The notes under the pieces are model-generated. The model saw only the letters and a list, made by a program, of their open reading frames with translations, did not search any database and was not told the origin of the DNA. DNA of 47,091 bases from a virus (Duplodnaviria > Heunggongvirae > Uroviricota > Caudoviricetes), in the IMG/VR virus record IMGVR_UViG_2541047918_000004; one strand, written 5' to 3'. Numbering within the stretch: position 1 is the first letter of the stretch; each line of letters opens with the position of its first letter. Position numbers and translations under genes: made by a program. Positions 9,501-18,592 of the stretch are shown in pieces.

Positions 9501-12500
9501 GTTCATCCCCCCTTTTGTTCCATATACAGAAGCCACCTTGTTAATTTCTATTCGTTTATCTGTTGCCTTCATGTGCACTGCCGACACCACCGGATCACCA
9601 TTTTTATCCACGGCATCAAGCAGCATCACAACCGCATTTCTTTCTGTCGCGGAACGGTAAATTGCATCCGGATCGTGCATCAGCTCAGGAAGTCTCTCGA
9701 TAACATCCATTGGCACCACATGTTTCACTCCATTGGTTGCCTTCCGCACAGTGTCGCGGGAGATAACCAGCGGCAAATCTGGTGCGCCAAGGTGGCGCAA
9801 TACCGGCGGCGTACGCCCGATGTTTGCAGTCATTGCACCAGAACGTAACGACTTCATCATTCTGGCAAGGTCATCACGATAACGCTCGCCCTCACCTTCC
9901 GGCACTTTGAACGGATCAGGTTTACCACTACGGGGGTACTGAGACGATGCGCCCGCGCCATCCTCACGCGGCGTGTAACCTTCCCGCACACGCTGGCCTA
10001 ACGTGCGAATAGTTTCGCGAACAAGTCTGATATCGTTCAGCTCTGTCGGCTTCAGTAACCCCGTGCGACGCAGTACCCCTTTGACCAGGGCAACAACACG
10101 CTCCCACGCCGCCACAAATTTATTCGGCTGTTTCTCCGCCATATGTGCCAGAAATTCACCCGCCTGCACTTCCGGTGATTCCTTACCATAAGACGCATCA
10201 ACCTTACGCCAGGCTTCACGGATGGTGGCGTTATCACTGTCACGGGTTTTCAGCACGGTCTTAATAATCGTCTGATATTCCGCTGGCGTGACTACATGCT
10301 CCATTGCATGGTGGATAATCTCGTGACGCAGCTTCTCGCGAACGGTCCGCCCGTCAGGAATGTTATCCGCCACCAGGACAATTTCACGTTTATCCGGACG
10401 ATAGAACGCATGCACCCTGCCGTAACCGTCGAACGATTCACCCGCCAGCGCTTCAGCCTCTTTCTGTGACTTCACCACGCGGACCTTCAGGTCACTGTCC
10501 TTAATGCCACTCATCACGCCACGGGCAACCGCTTCAACCTGCGGGACCGGGCTGCCTTTGGCTTCCGCACTGCGGTTAACATCCGAAATGAGATTGCCTT
10601 CAGGTGTGCGGGTCACGCCCTTACGGGAATAAAACGCAACGCCCTTGTCCGTCTCACGGGTTTTCAGCGTACTGAACAGGTGATCGAATGCATCACGAAT
10701 ACCGCCATCCAGTTCCGCATTCGTCGGATAAGCCCAGGTGTTATCTGTGTTGTGCTCAGGTGCCTTACGGATATTGACCAGATAATCATTCTCCACGCCA
10801 GCCGTACGCGCTTTATCCTGAACATAACGCTCAAAGGCACGCGCCGCCATTTCAACATCCGTTGACCAGTACGGTTTTGAGCGCACCTCATCGAGAAGCG
10901 CTGAACGACGCGGCATGTCACTGCTGTTGATCGCTTTCATCACGCCTTTAAACGCGTCGTAAACCTCCTGACGTACCGGATATTCCGCATCAACATATCT
11001 GCCGTCTTTAAATACGCGCCCGGCACGTTGTGCTTCCGTCATATAGTCGCCACCTGACGTGATCTTCCCGTCAGTGGAAACATCATAACGACCAAAATAA
11101 TTATCCAGTGAATGGAACCATTCGTGGGCCAGCGCCCCCGGTCCGTTACCTTTTGTCAGGTTGATTGCCACCTCACCCGGCTCATAGTGTGCCGCCGCCT
11201 TACCCTTACCACGGGCACCAAAAGCAAGCCCAAGACGACCATTCAGGGAAAGCGCTTTTGTCGGAACGTTCAGCACGTCAGCCAGGTCATGCAGCGAGTC
11301 ATAAGCCCGGTTCAAATCAGCCTGACGACGCGGACCTTCCACATAATTACCAAACTGCACACCACGGAAACCAAACGCATCACTGAACTGCTCCGGCGAA
11401 ACATCCCCTTTGCGGCGTTCTGGTCCGGTGCGGTCGCGGTTAGTGGCGTTACGCTGCTCCTCACGCGAAATCTCCCGCATCTCCTTCACATGACGAACAA
11501 GCTCATCACGATGTGAATCAATGTACTTACGCGCATCACTGGCTGACTTAAAACCACCTCTCACCCGCATTTTGTTTTTGCCGTAAGCGATAAAAATATC
11601 GCCACTACGGGTATTCCGGTAAACGTCAAAGCTGATTTTGTCATCTGGTGACGGTGCTGTTTTTTCATCACCTTTCGCCCGTGACTTTTCCTCCTGCTCT
11701 GCAAACCAGGCTTTCGCCTTTGTCAGTAATTCATCCCTGCTTTCCGAGAAAAAGAGGTTACTCCCCTTATTGTCCTTATTGCGCAGTGAATAAAGTTTCT
11801 GTGGCGGATCGTAACGCTTCCCTCCGGCCGCCTGATACACACCGGATACCACCCGATAAGCAGAAGCCTTGTCCATCTGTGAAGGTGGCAGCGTGCGTAA
11901 CAGTTGCCAGGTATCCGCATAACGGGAAGGCATTCTTCCCTCCATCCACTCAGCAAGCCGTCCGGCAGTCACTTTTCCTTCCAGCATTCCCGCCACGCTT
12001 GTGCGGATGCTCTTTACACTCTCCACCCACTTCACCGCATTGAGTTTCGTTTTCGCGGGAATATCACTGCGGTACAGCGCAATCATTGCCAGTGTGTCAG
12101 CGTCGGCCCCTTCGTTCGCCAGTTTTGCATAGTCCGGTTTCGGGAACACTTTGCTCAGCGGCTGCGTGAAATAATCCCTGTCTTCCAGCGTTTTACCCAG
12201 TGTTTCGGCAAGCTGTGCATAACGGTGTTTTGCCGCGCCCTTAATCTCCTCGCCAAAGTCTTCAATTTTTGCACCACGCGCCTGCTGGTGAGTGCTCGGT
12301 TTATCTACCGGCACCGGCACCTCAGTATCCGGAACATCGGTTATGGTCTGGCGATTATCCCCGGTCTGTCTGCGCGCTTCTGCCTGCTGTGCCAGTTCCG
12401 GAAGGGAGTCACGAACCATACGAGGGAGTGATTCAGGATGTGGCATATCAACCCCACGCTGTTCAGGTGCAGGAAGTCCTTCACGCACTGGTGCTGTGGC

Positions 12501-14957
12501 GTTCTGCTCATCCGGTGATGGCAGACCACGACGAACCGGTTCGCCCTCCAGTATTTCCCCCTGGCGACCAGCGGCATTTTCCGGTGCCTGCGCACGTCCT
12601 TTCTGGAAACTCTGGCCCTTCACCTCACCGGTTGTGGTAAAACGACCACCACGTCCGGCCTGATTTTCATCCGGCGTACGCGCCACTTCTCCTGGTAACG
12701 GATATCCCTGTCCGGGATGAATATCGCCGGGAGCGGGAAGGCGTGGACGCTCAGTTAACTCCTGTGCTGTCGGACCGGCATCACCTTCAGCCATCTGTGA
12801 ACGTACAAGCTCCTCTGCCGTCGGCGCGTTGCCACGGGCAAGGCGGGCCTGCACTTCTGTATCATCCCCCGTGAAACCACGGAATCGCGGGTCACGCATG
12901 AACGCGGGCTGCTCCATCGGTTCAGCATCAGCAATACGCTCTCCGTCAGCCAGGGTGTTAATGGTCTCCGTTGCCACATCTTCAGAGAACGCAGGATTAT
13001 CCATTTCAACGGCATACTGATTCTCGCCTTTCTTCACTACGGACGGTTTCAGGCCGGTGGCGCTGGCATTGCGGAAAACGTCGCTCCCCAGAGCACTTTT
13101 TTCATCCGTGAAATAACGGTTGTCCGGACGCACCTTTTCAATGCGTTCTGCTGGTCTGGACGCACCACTCCCGTTAATTTCAATACGAACTTCATCCGGA
13201 TCGCGGAACCGCACCGTCGGGTAAATACTCCCGTCGCCATCATCCGCATTTTCCGGCTGTGGCTGTGCCTCCGGTCTGGCCTCCTGCTGAGGGCGAAGCA
13301 CATCACGGATAGCCTGTAACTGCTGCTCTTCAGTATCAGTACGCCCTTCCTTCAGGCTGAGTTTTCGGTATTCCTCAAGCAGTTCAGGGCGCGGCTTCGC
13401 CTTCAGCTCATCCATCACCGCCTGTCGCTTCGCCTGTTCATCCAGTTCATTTAACAGCTGGCTGGCGGCTTCCCGGCGATGAACGGCAGACGTGTCTCCC
13501 TCAGGTGCCATATCCGCATCAGCATACTGTTCCAGAAGTTGCTCGCGATTCATGCCCTGCATGGATTCGCGATGCTGTGCCACCGGATCAGCCGGTTCGG
13601 GTTGCGGGGCTGCTTCACCCTGCTGTACGACTTCAGCCTCACGCATGGCGGTTTCTTCTGCGGCCTGACGTTTTCCACGATATCCGGCAACCGCACCGAA
13701 CGGTGCGCCCATCGCTGCACCAAGAGCGGCTCCTTCGATCGTTGCGTCAGCTACCCCCTCCCATGGTGATATATCCATTCCGGCAGTCTCACGCAACGTC
13801 ATATTTTCCTGGTAACGCGAATAGCCGCCCTGCGCCGCATTAATCGTCCCCTGTTCCGTGGCATTTCTGACAATGCCGCTTTTAACGGTCTTCGCCGTGC
13901 CCCGCATCGCCAGATTAAACAACTGAGCATCGCCCAGTTTTGCCGCCATGGCATTCACAGCCAGCAATTCAGGATCGGTTGCCAGCTGCGCGCGCACCTC
14001 ATCGGCAACACGCTCTTTTGCCAGATCCATTTTCTGGCGATCAGTAAGCTGTGCGTGCTGCGGATCTGCATCAATTGACAAAAACGTCTGCTGAAATTTC
14101 GGGGACTTCGCCAGCTCAGAGTAATCCGCGTTAAGAACAGAGTCTGCTGCTGCCATTGCACTCTGCCCCTGTGCGCTGGCTGAGGAATGGGTGATCAGGC
14201 CTGCCTGGAATAAATCCGGCATTTTTTTATCGACAGCTTCTGCTGCCAGTGCGGTAGCTCTTTCCGGCTGCATCCCTGCCGCAATGTATTTTTTCTCCAG
14301 CCCGGCGGTCAGCACTTTTCGCAGAGTGACTTCACCCAGCTTTTTAGTCACACCGCCTGCAACCATATCAGGTACAAGGGCACCAATCAGGTTTACGCCC
14401 TTCGCCACCCAGACCGCAGAATCATCATATCCTTCAGTCATCGGTGTATTCAGCGCCCGCTGCGCCCCCGGCGACATCTTGCCAGTCAGCCATTCATCCG
14501 AGGCTTTAGCGCCGCCACTGACTGCCTTGCCTGTGACCTTCAGACCTTTACCGACAGTATCAGTAACCGCATTTTTTCCATCAGGCAGAGTGTCGATGAC
14601 CTCATCCGCCCCCTTGCTGCCACCGACAAAAATATCCTGAACAGTTGCGACTCCCGGCAGCCCCATACGGCTGAACTCATTTAAAATACGCGCCCCTGTT
14701 TTTACCGGGTTCTGAATCATCGCATCACCGAGTCCACGGGCCATTTCCCCTGCCCCCCGGACGGACTGGGCGACACCTTTCCCCATAGTTGGCAATACAT
14801 CGCCCAGGCTGAACGACGTGCTGTTGTCCTTCCAGCGATTGGGATCGGAGAAAAACGCATCATAGCTGTCAGTCTCGCCCGGCAGCTGAATGTTCAGGCT
14901 GTTGCGGTTCTGGTTGCCAAATTGCGCTTCAGGGCGCTGTTCATCGGAATAAGCCAT
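6591..14957 (-). CDS. Giant protein (2788 aa), candidate virion-internal/ejection polyvalent protein with two HExxH zincin-like motifs
   Basis: Single uninterrupted ORF of 8.4 kb. Gly/Ala-rich N-terminus, long acidic Pro/Gln-rich linker, then motifs GALAHEWFHSLD and LRHEIIHHAMEH. Last gene of an operon of small proteins (15026..18163) in a phage with no tail tube or sheath genes, so not a tape measure. Function is inference only. Confidence 0.7.
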   Translation of the reverse strand: MAYSDEQRPEAQFGNQNRNSLNIQLPGETDSYDAFFSDPNRWKDNSTSFSLGDVLPTMGKGVAQSVRGAGEMARGLGDAMIQNPVKTGARILNEFSRMGLPGVATVQDIFVGGSKGADEVIDTLPDGKNAVTDTVGKGLKVTGKAVSGGAKASDEWLTGKMSPGAQRALNTPMTEGYDDSAVWVAKGVNLIGALVPDMVAGGVTKKLGEVTLRKVLTAGLEKKYIAAGMQPERATALAAEAVDKKMPDLFQAGLITHSSASAQGQSAMAAADSVLNADYSELAKSPKFQQTFLSIDADPQHAQLTDRQKMDLAKERVADEVRAQLATDPELLAVNAMAAKLGDAQLFNLAMRGTAKTVKSGIVRNATEQGTINAAQGGYSRYQENMTLRETAGMDISPWEGVADATIEGAALGAAMGAPFGAVAGYRGKRQAAEETAMREAEVVQQGEAAPQPEPADPVAQHRESMQGMNREQLLEQYADADMAPEGDTSAVHRREAASQLLNELDEQAKRQAVMDELKAKPRPELLEEYRKLSLKEGRTDTEEQQLQAIRDVLRPQQEARPEAQPQPENADDGDGSIYPTVRFRDPDEVRIEINGSGASRPAERIEKVRPDNRYFTDEKSALGSDVFRNASATGLKPSVVKKGENQYAVEMDNPAFSEDVATETINTLADGERIADAEPMEQPAFMRDPRFRGFTGDDTEVQARLARGNAPTAEELVRSQMAEGDAGPTAQELTERPRLPAPGDIHPGQGYPLPGEVARTPDENQAGRGGRFTTTGEVKGQSFQKGRAQAPENAAGRQGEILEGEPVRRGLPSPDEQNATAPVREGLPAPEQRGVDMPHPESLPRMVRDSLPELAQQAEARRQTGDNRQTITDVPDTEVPVPVDKPSTHQQARGAKIEDFGEEIKGAAKHRYAQLAETLGKTLEDRDYFTQPLSKVFPKPDYAKLANEGADADTLAMIALYRSDIPAKTKLNAVKWVESVKSIRTSVAGMLEGKVTAGRLAEWMEGRMPSRYADTWQLLRTLPPSQMDKASAYRVVSGVYQAAGGKRYDPPQKLYSLRNKDNKGSNLFFSESRDELLTKAKAWFAEQEEKSRAKGDEKTAPSPDDKISFDVYRNTRSGDIFIAYGKNKMRVRGGFKSASDARKYIDSHRDELVRHVKEMREISREEQRNATNRDRTGPERRKGDVSPEQFSDAFGFRGVQFGNYVEGPRRQADLNRAYDSLHDLADVLNVPTKALSLNGRLGLAFGARGKGKAAAHYEPGEVAINLTKGNGPGALAHEWFHSLDNYFGRYDVSTDGKITSGGDYMTEAQRAGRVFKDGRYVDAEYPVRQEVYDAFKGVMKAINSSDMPRRSALLDEVRSKPYWSTDVEMAARAFERYVQDKARTAGVENDYLVNIRKAPEHNTDNTWAYPTNAELDGGIRDAFDHLFSTLKTRETDKGVAFYSRKGVTRTPEGNLISDVNRSAEAKGSPVPQVEAVARGVMSGIKDSDLKVRVVKSQKEAEALAGESFDGYGRVHAFYRPDKREIVLVADNIPDGRTVREKLRHEIIHHAMEHVVTPAEYQTIIKTVLKTRDSDNATIREAWRKVDASYGKESPEVQAGEFLAHMAEKQPNKFVAAWERVVALVKGVLRRTGLLKPTELNDIRLVRETIRTLGQRVREGYTPREDGAGASSQYPRSGKPDPFKVPEGEGERYRDDLARMMKSLRSGAMTANIGRTPPVLRHLGAPDLPLVISRDTVRKATNGVKHVVPMDVIERLPELMHDPDAIYRSATERNAVVMLLDAVDKNGDPVVSAVHMKATDKRIEINKVASVYGTKGGMNKANSLDKAGLTLYRKEKLSRDNPQYSGLQLPKEERSYRGSVDKILYPEDIRKGPYYSRTSSLTPEETIASRFVRQMQDKFQVLKAVQENIRKTGGKIDDSNNAYMAEELFHGKAENDLNVMKERYVQPLAKLLADYKIAQADLDEYLYARHAPERNAHIAKINPKMPDGGSGMTNAEAAEIMQRVRNSGKQAQYDRLAGIIDDMLARRRELIREAGLEESGVVDAWQNAYRYYVPLKGQDIDGVVSLPRTGKGFTIGGRESRQAMGRASRAQSPSTQAIQDLSESLIRNRKNEVGNAFLKLVQDNPDKDYWQVFTDDKPDTMRAIAERVDPETGETRREVVERPVPMAMMADRYFTTKKDGKTYYIKLHDPRLMRAMKNMGPETSNAVIRTLGKVNRFLATVNTSYNPEFLVSNFIRDVQTAVMNLKAEQGRSDGKLKGLDNLSALAVVKDSRSAMSAVYASLRGKTLTGNGAQWQKVWKEFVEDGGKTGWFNMGDLEGQQKEMDRLVSLAKGGWKGQSIGAWNSFLNLVEDANGAVENALRLSAYKHARDAGLSRQQAASLAKNMTVNFNRRGEQGALMNSLYMFANASIQGTANLVRTLGHLNGDGPLPERLRWKNLNVPQKIALAAVGAGYLLGSLNRSVAGEDDDGVNWYDKVPSHVKERNLVIMKSVFGGKAGEYWSIPLPYGYNVFFLLGHTAEGVAAGDLTASRAAGNVVGGILGAFSPVGSETSETLSGALLKNAAPTILRPFANLAMNENFMGAQIYQENMPFGTPKPDSQLGRRSTPEAYKAFASWLNAFSGGSQYRPGAVDITPESLKFWIDYISGGTGRFISKTTDAAVKSLNGIDIPEQQVPFLGKISGEVMPYADQQKMYDRMTEVAQYHAELKSLTGAERTAFIDENNGKLSMNGLMQDTRKRLKDLRKQRDAIYADSTLSLAQQAAMVKSVERDMKIAVDRFNREYNKKVGVD

Positions 14958-15025
14958 ACAGACTCCATAAAAAAACCCGGCACAATGACCGGGTATCAGG
15001 AAATAGTATTAACGGGAATGGTGAA

Positions 15026-16291
15026 TTACTGCGCGTAATTCTGTTTCAGACCACGGATAAACTCAGATGCAGAGGCCGCACTATCATCTCTGGCCTGTTC
15101 CCCCCTGGCCTTTTGAATACGGAGAAAATTCGCATACCCGTTCTCCAGCAATTTCTGATTCTGAGGCTCCAGCATTTCTGGCTGACGGGAAGCAACTTCT
15201 CTGGCGAATGCCTGCTTATCCGGATCATCACCCGCCCAACTGGTAATCCCTTGTTGAATTTTTTGCTGCTGAATTTTCTGCTGATGTTGCGGTGAACCAG
15301 TTGCAGCATAATATTCATCCACCGCAGCCTGTGCATTACCGCCATTCTTGATCGCGTCCGCCGCTACGTTGCTGGCCCCCTTCTGAAGCTCTTTCAGAGA
15401 AAGTCCCTGCTGCTTCGGCATAAAATAACCATAATTTTTCGATATCTCTGCAAATTTGCTGCGATCCCTGACCTGAGCGATAGCCTTATCAACGGGTATC
15501 GCCAGCACGGTTTGATCATCAGGGTGCGCACTGCCGTATTCTGTTACAGGTTTATGCGCGGTGGAGCCATCGCTGTATGTGAGATCAAGGCCAATAAGTA
15601 CGTACCCTTCCTGCTGCGCCGGTACGATACTGCCAATCCTGGCCCCTTTTATCGTTTTTTCCCCGGTTGAATCAGGCATGCCAATACGCTGTTGTAGTTC
15701 CGGGGCAAACACGCCGGAAAGCACATCGAGATTTTCCGGGGTATTGAGTGAAGCGATCGCCCTGTCCGGCTTGTCATCAAAGATTTTTTGCAGGTTGTTC
15801 ACGGCCTGACCCGCTTTCGCTACATAGCCATCATTCGCCATCAGCCTCAGCGGATTACCCTCTGACAACTGGCCGTAAAGACGCATTGCTGCATCCCGAT
15901 CGCCAGCATCCACAGCCTTTCCAAGCGCCGCCATCACAGGCTGATCGCGCGCCAGCATATCGTTATACTCAAGCCGTCGCTGGTTGTATTTCTGCATCCG
16001 GAGTCGCTGCTGCTCCATACCCAGCGACGCATTCCGGTAATTCTGGTTGGCGTTAAACTCCCTTTCCTGCAGTGCATAATTACGGTCGTCGACTTTGGCT
16101 CTGTAATCAAAGTTCCGCTGATCAACGTCTTTATTATGTTCAAACTGCGACTGTGCAAATTCAAAATCGCGCTCGTTATTTTTCTGTTGTTGAGCAAGCT
16201 GTGCTTCTCGCAAACCAAGTTCCTTACGACGGGTCATTGCCTGGTCAACCGTGCTGAATCCGGCAAGTAAACCCTGTGCAAATCCGCTCAT
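15026..16291 (-). CDS. Hypothetical protein (421 aa), putative internal virion/ejection protein
   Basis: Long ORF, Gln-rich coiled-coil-like N-terminus, tightly linked upstream of the giant gene; no recognisable catalytic motif. Confidence 0.5.
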   Translation of the reverse strand: MSGFAQGLLAGFSTVDQAMTRRKELGLREAQLAQQQKNNERDFEFAQSQFEHNKDVDQRNFDYRAKVDDRNYALQEREFNANQNYRNASLGMEQQRLRMQKYNQRRLEYNDMLARDQPVMAALGKAVDAGDRDAAMRLYGQLSEGNPLRLMANDGYVAKAGQAVNNLQKIFDDKPDRAIASLNTPENLDVLSGVFAPELQQRIGMPDSTGEKTIKGARIGSIVPAQQEGYVLIGLDLTYSDGSTAHKPVTEYGSAHPDDQTVLAIPVDKAIAQVRDRSKFAEISKNYGYFMPKQQGLSLKELQKGASNVAADAIKNGGNAQAAVDEYYAATGSPQHQQKIQQQKIQQGITSWAGDDPDKQAFAREVASRQPEMLEPQNQKLLENGYANFLRIQKARGEQARDDSAASASEFIRGLKQNYAQ

Positions 16292-16301
16292 TCACCACTC
16301 C

Positions 16302-16553
16302 TTAAAACAAAGAACCAGCAATACCACCTATGACAGCACCAATAGCCGCACCGGGGAGACCACCAACAGCAGCGCCCATAGCTGCACCCGTACCAATTCC
16401 CGTGCCGATATTCTGTTTGTTCTGCGCTTTCTGTTGCGCCGCCATCTGTTTGTTCGCGGCCTCAATTTCTTCACGTCGTCTGTCGGCATCACTTATTCCC
16501 TGTAATGCCTCACGCCGCGACTGATTCGCAATATCCAGTAAACCGTATCCCAT
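16302..16553 (-). CDS. Small glycine-zipper membrane protein (83 aa)
   Basis: C-terminal GTGIGTGAAMGAAVGGLPGAAIGAVIGGIAGSLF glycine-zipper segment; 10-nt spacing to neighbours suggests a co-transcribed operon member. Confidence 0.5.
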   Translation of the reverse strand: MGYGLLDIANQSRREALQGISDADRRREEIEAANKQMAAQQKAQNKQNIGTGIGTGAAMGAAVGGLPGAAIGAVIGGIAGSLF

Positions 16554-16562
16554 ATTGCCCCC

Positions 16563-17009
16563 TTACGCTGACACCAGTTTTCCGCCAACACTCAGTTGTT
16601 GTCTTGCAGGTGCAGAAGCCCCCGTCAGTATGTTCATCTGGCGATCCTGCTCTGCTTCACGGATACCATTTTTCGCGCCAGCAATTGCCAGAGCATTACG
16701 CAAACCCAGTGTGTTACTGTTGGGATTATCCGGGCGGCTTACCCCGTATCTCGCCATCTGGTTATCCTGCGCCATCTGCGCTGTACGGAGACTGGAAGTG
16801 GCAAGGCCGCCCACCCGGGCAAGCTGCGCATTCATCAGGCTGTTGTTCTCGCCAAGGTCAGCCAGCCTTGCCACGCGGGGCAAATATCTGGTTCGCCAGT
16901 CGTCGTATTGTTGGCGTGTCAGCGCTGCTGACGTCTGCCAGTCACCCTGTGGGCGGGCTGCGCCTGAATAACCAGCCCTTGCGAGAGTTTCGTATTTGCC
17001 ATACTCCAT
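16563..17009 (-). CDS. Hypothetical protein (148 aa), putative virion protein
   Basis: ORF in the same operon, 3-nt gap to the upstream gene; no motif recognised. Confidence 0.45.
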   Translation of the reverse strand: MEYGKYETLARAGYSGAARPQGDWQTSAALTRQQYDDWRTRYLPRVARLADLGENNSLMNAQLARVGGLATSSLRTAQMAQDNQMARYGVSRPDNPNSNTLGLRNALAIAGAKNGIREAEQDRQMNILTGASAPARQQLSVGGKLVSA

Positions 17010-17011
17010 AA

Positions 17012-17668
17012 TTACAGTCTCCAGTTCTGAGCCTGATGCTGAATAGCATTAGCGCCGGTGCCTGGCGTTTTAGCGCCGCCACCACCTCCGTTACCGCCAG
17101 CCTTATGCATCGCGTACGCACCTACAGCTCCCAGACCAGCGCCAACAAGAGAAGCTCGCCCCTGTTGTTTCGTAAACGCCGCCTGTGCATCCGATTTGGC
17201 TTTTGCCAGACTGCTGTCAGCCAGGGAGTTAAAACTCTGTAACGCATCTGCCTTCTGACCGGAACCGAGAGCCGCAACATCCTGTAGCCCGGCAATATAT
17301 TTATCTGCCTGCGATACCTGCCCCCGTGTGGTCGTGTCAATCTGCCCGATCACCTGGTCGCTTTGATTTGCATCCATTACTGCATTAAAACGACCACTGG
17401 ATGGGTCAACGCCGGACTGAGCAAGATTACCCGCCAGCTCCCTTCGCGCTTCACCAAACTGTTTCTGATACCCAAGATTTGTTGTGCCTGCGATATTTTC
17501 GTACTGCTGCTCACTGTTAAGGTCATCGACCTTTTTCATGAAGTTATCTTCTGCCGGACGGAGAATATTTTTGTAATCCTGCCACCCTTTCCAGGCCACC
17601 TCTTCCTGTGCTATTTGCGCTGCTGTTGGTTTTACTTTGGTATCACCACCACCTTTACTTCCGCCCAT
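17012..17668 (-). CDS. Hypothetical Gly/Gln-rich protein (218 aa), putative virion protein
   Basis: ORF in the same operon; glycine-rich termini (MGGSKGGGD..., ...GGNGGGGGAKTPG); no motif recognised. Confidence 0.45.
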   Translation of the reverse strand: MGGSKGGGDTKVKPTAAQIAQEEVAWKGWQDYKNILRPAEDNFMKKVDDLNSEQQYENIAGTTNLGYQKQFGEARRELAGNLAQSGVDPSSGRFNAVMDANQSDQVIGQIDTTTRGQVSQADKYIAGLQDVAALGSGQKADALQSFNSLADSSLAKAKSDAQAAFTKQQGRASLVGAGLGAVGAYAMHKAGGNGGGGGAKTPGTGANAIQHQAQNWRL

Positions 17669-17761
17669 AATGGCTCCTCAGATAACAAAAAACCCTGCCG
17701 GAGCAGGGTCAGAATGTGAATTGCAATGTGGGTTTACGCTCGATGATGAATACAGTGGCAG

Positions 17762-18163
17762 TCAGACTGCTATCCTGAACACCATGAAGCCATCCTCATC
17801 ATCCGGCATTCGCTCAAAGCCCAGACGTTTTCCCAGCCGGATAAATCCTCGTCTTGCCGTATGAAATTCGGCCCAGCGTCCGCCAGCCAGGCGGGTTAAT
17901 GTCTTCACCTCCGGCAGATAACGCTCAACACTCTTACTCCCCGTACACACGCCCAGTAACACCAGAACATAAGGGATACCATCGTCACTGAGCACAGAAC
18001 GCAGCACCAGAAAACCATCCGGTGCCTCAAAGCAAAACGCCTGCTTTTTAAGGCCGGCGTCTTTAACTTCATTCATAAATTCAGGGTTGCGGGAATTTCT
18101 CACAACACGCTGCATATACCGGAGAATTGTGTCGTCCATTCTCTCACCAGAAACGGGTGCCAT
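17762..18163 (-). CDS. Hypothetical protein (133 aa), first gene of the operon leading to the giant gene
   Basis: ORF preceded by a 430-bp intergenic region containing a perfect 9-bp stem hairpin and the conserved 15-bp motif. A weak resemblance to an acetyltransferase motif (RRGFIRLGKRLGF) is too poor to call. Confidence 0.4.
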   Translation of the reverse strand: MAPVSGERMDDTILRYMQRVVRNSRNPEFMNEVKDAGLKKQAFCFEAPDGFLVLRSVLSDDGIPYVLVLLGVCTGSKSVERYLPEVKTLTRLAGGRWAEFHTARRGFIRLGKRLGFERMPDDEDGFMVFRIAV

Positions 18164-18188
18164 ATCGGCTGAACCTCAGCAACCAGTT

Positions 18189-18210
18189 GACGGGGACTTT
18201 CGTCCCCGTC
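18189..18210 (-). promoter_or_regulatory. Perfect 9-bp stem hairpin (GACGGGGAC-tttc-GTCCCCGTC) in the 5' leader of the 17762..18163 operon
   Basis: Read directly; about 25 nt upstream of the start codon; no T-run follows on the minus strand, so not a classical terminator. Confidence 0.35.
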
Positions 18211-18222
18211 GCGGTTTTCCTA

Positions 18223-18237
18223 CTGCTTACACTGTAA
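18223..18237. promoter_or_regulatory. Conserved 15-bp motif CTGCTTACACTGTAA upstream of the giant-protein operon
   Basis: Exact match to the motif at 6468 and 25889; about 60 nt upstream of the 17762..18163 start. Confidence 0.35.
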
Positions 18238-18542
18238 GAACGCCGCAAACTCCGCTCCCCACAAATTCAGCCGGAACTCACACAACGAGCCGTGTAACAT
18301 CCAGATGGTGAAGATTACCGTCATACAAATTGTGACGGTGATGAGCGATTTTTGCGACATAGCGCTTGCCTCCTGAGTGGAGAGGCGCTAACCTTCTACT
18401 TGCTTAAGGTATGATGGTTAGGGCCTCGGGTTAAACAAAATGTTTGACTCGGGGCCTTTCCACATCAGGCCTTCAGGTTCTCCCTCCAGCCATCAGCCGA
18501 AAGGCACCCGCGCATAATCTACGATTTTTGCCCTGCACGGGC

Positions 18543-18567
18543 AACAAAAAACCCGCCATCACAGCGG
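18543..18567 (-). terminator. Rho-independent terminator downstream of the lom-like gene
   Basis: Minus-strand hairpin cccgc-tgtgatg-gcggg followed by TTTTTT, 25-50 nt after the stop codon. Confidence 0.55.
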
Positions 18568-18592
18568 GTTATGACATGTTGTCGGGTATTAC

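Noticed and set aside
6543-14640. Numerous plus-strand ORFs of 60-185 aa antisense to the giant gene
   Set aside because: All lie inside the continuous 8.4-kb minus-strand ORF and have no start context; treated as shadow ORFs.
6591-14957. Giant protein as a tail tape-measure protein
   Set aside because: No tail tube or sheath genes are present, and the protein follows small-protein genes after the tail fibre and lom region rather than sitting between tail tube and tail tip genes.
17762-18163. GNAT acetyltransferase assignment for the 133-aa protein
   Set aside because: The only support is a weak resemblance of RRGFIRLGKRLGF to the acetyl-CoA binding motif; too weak to annotate.
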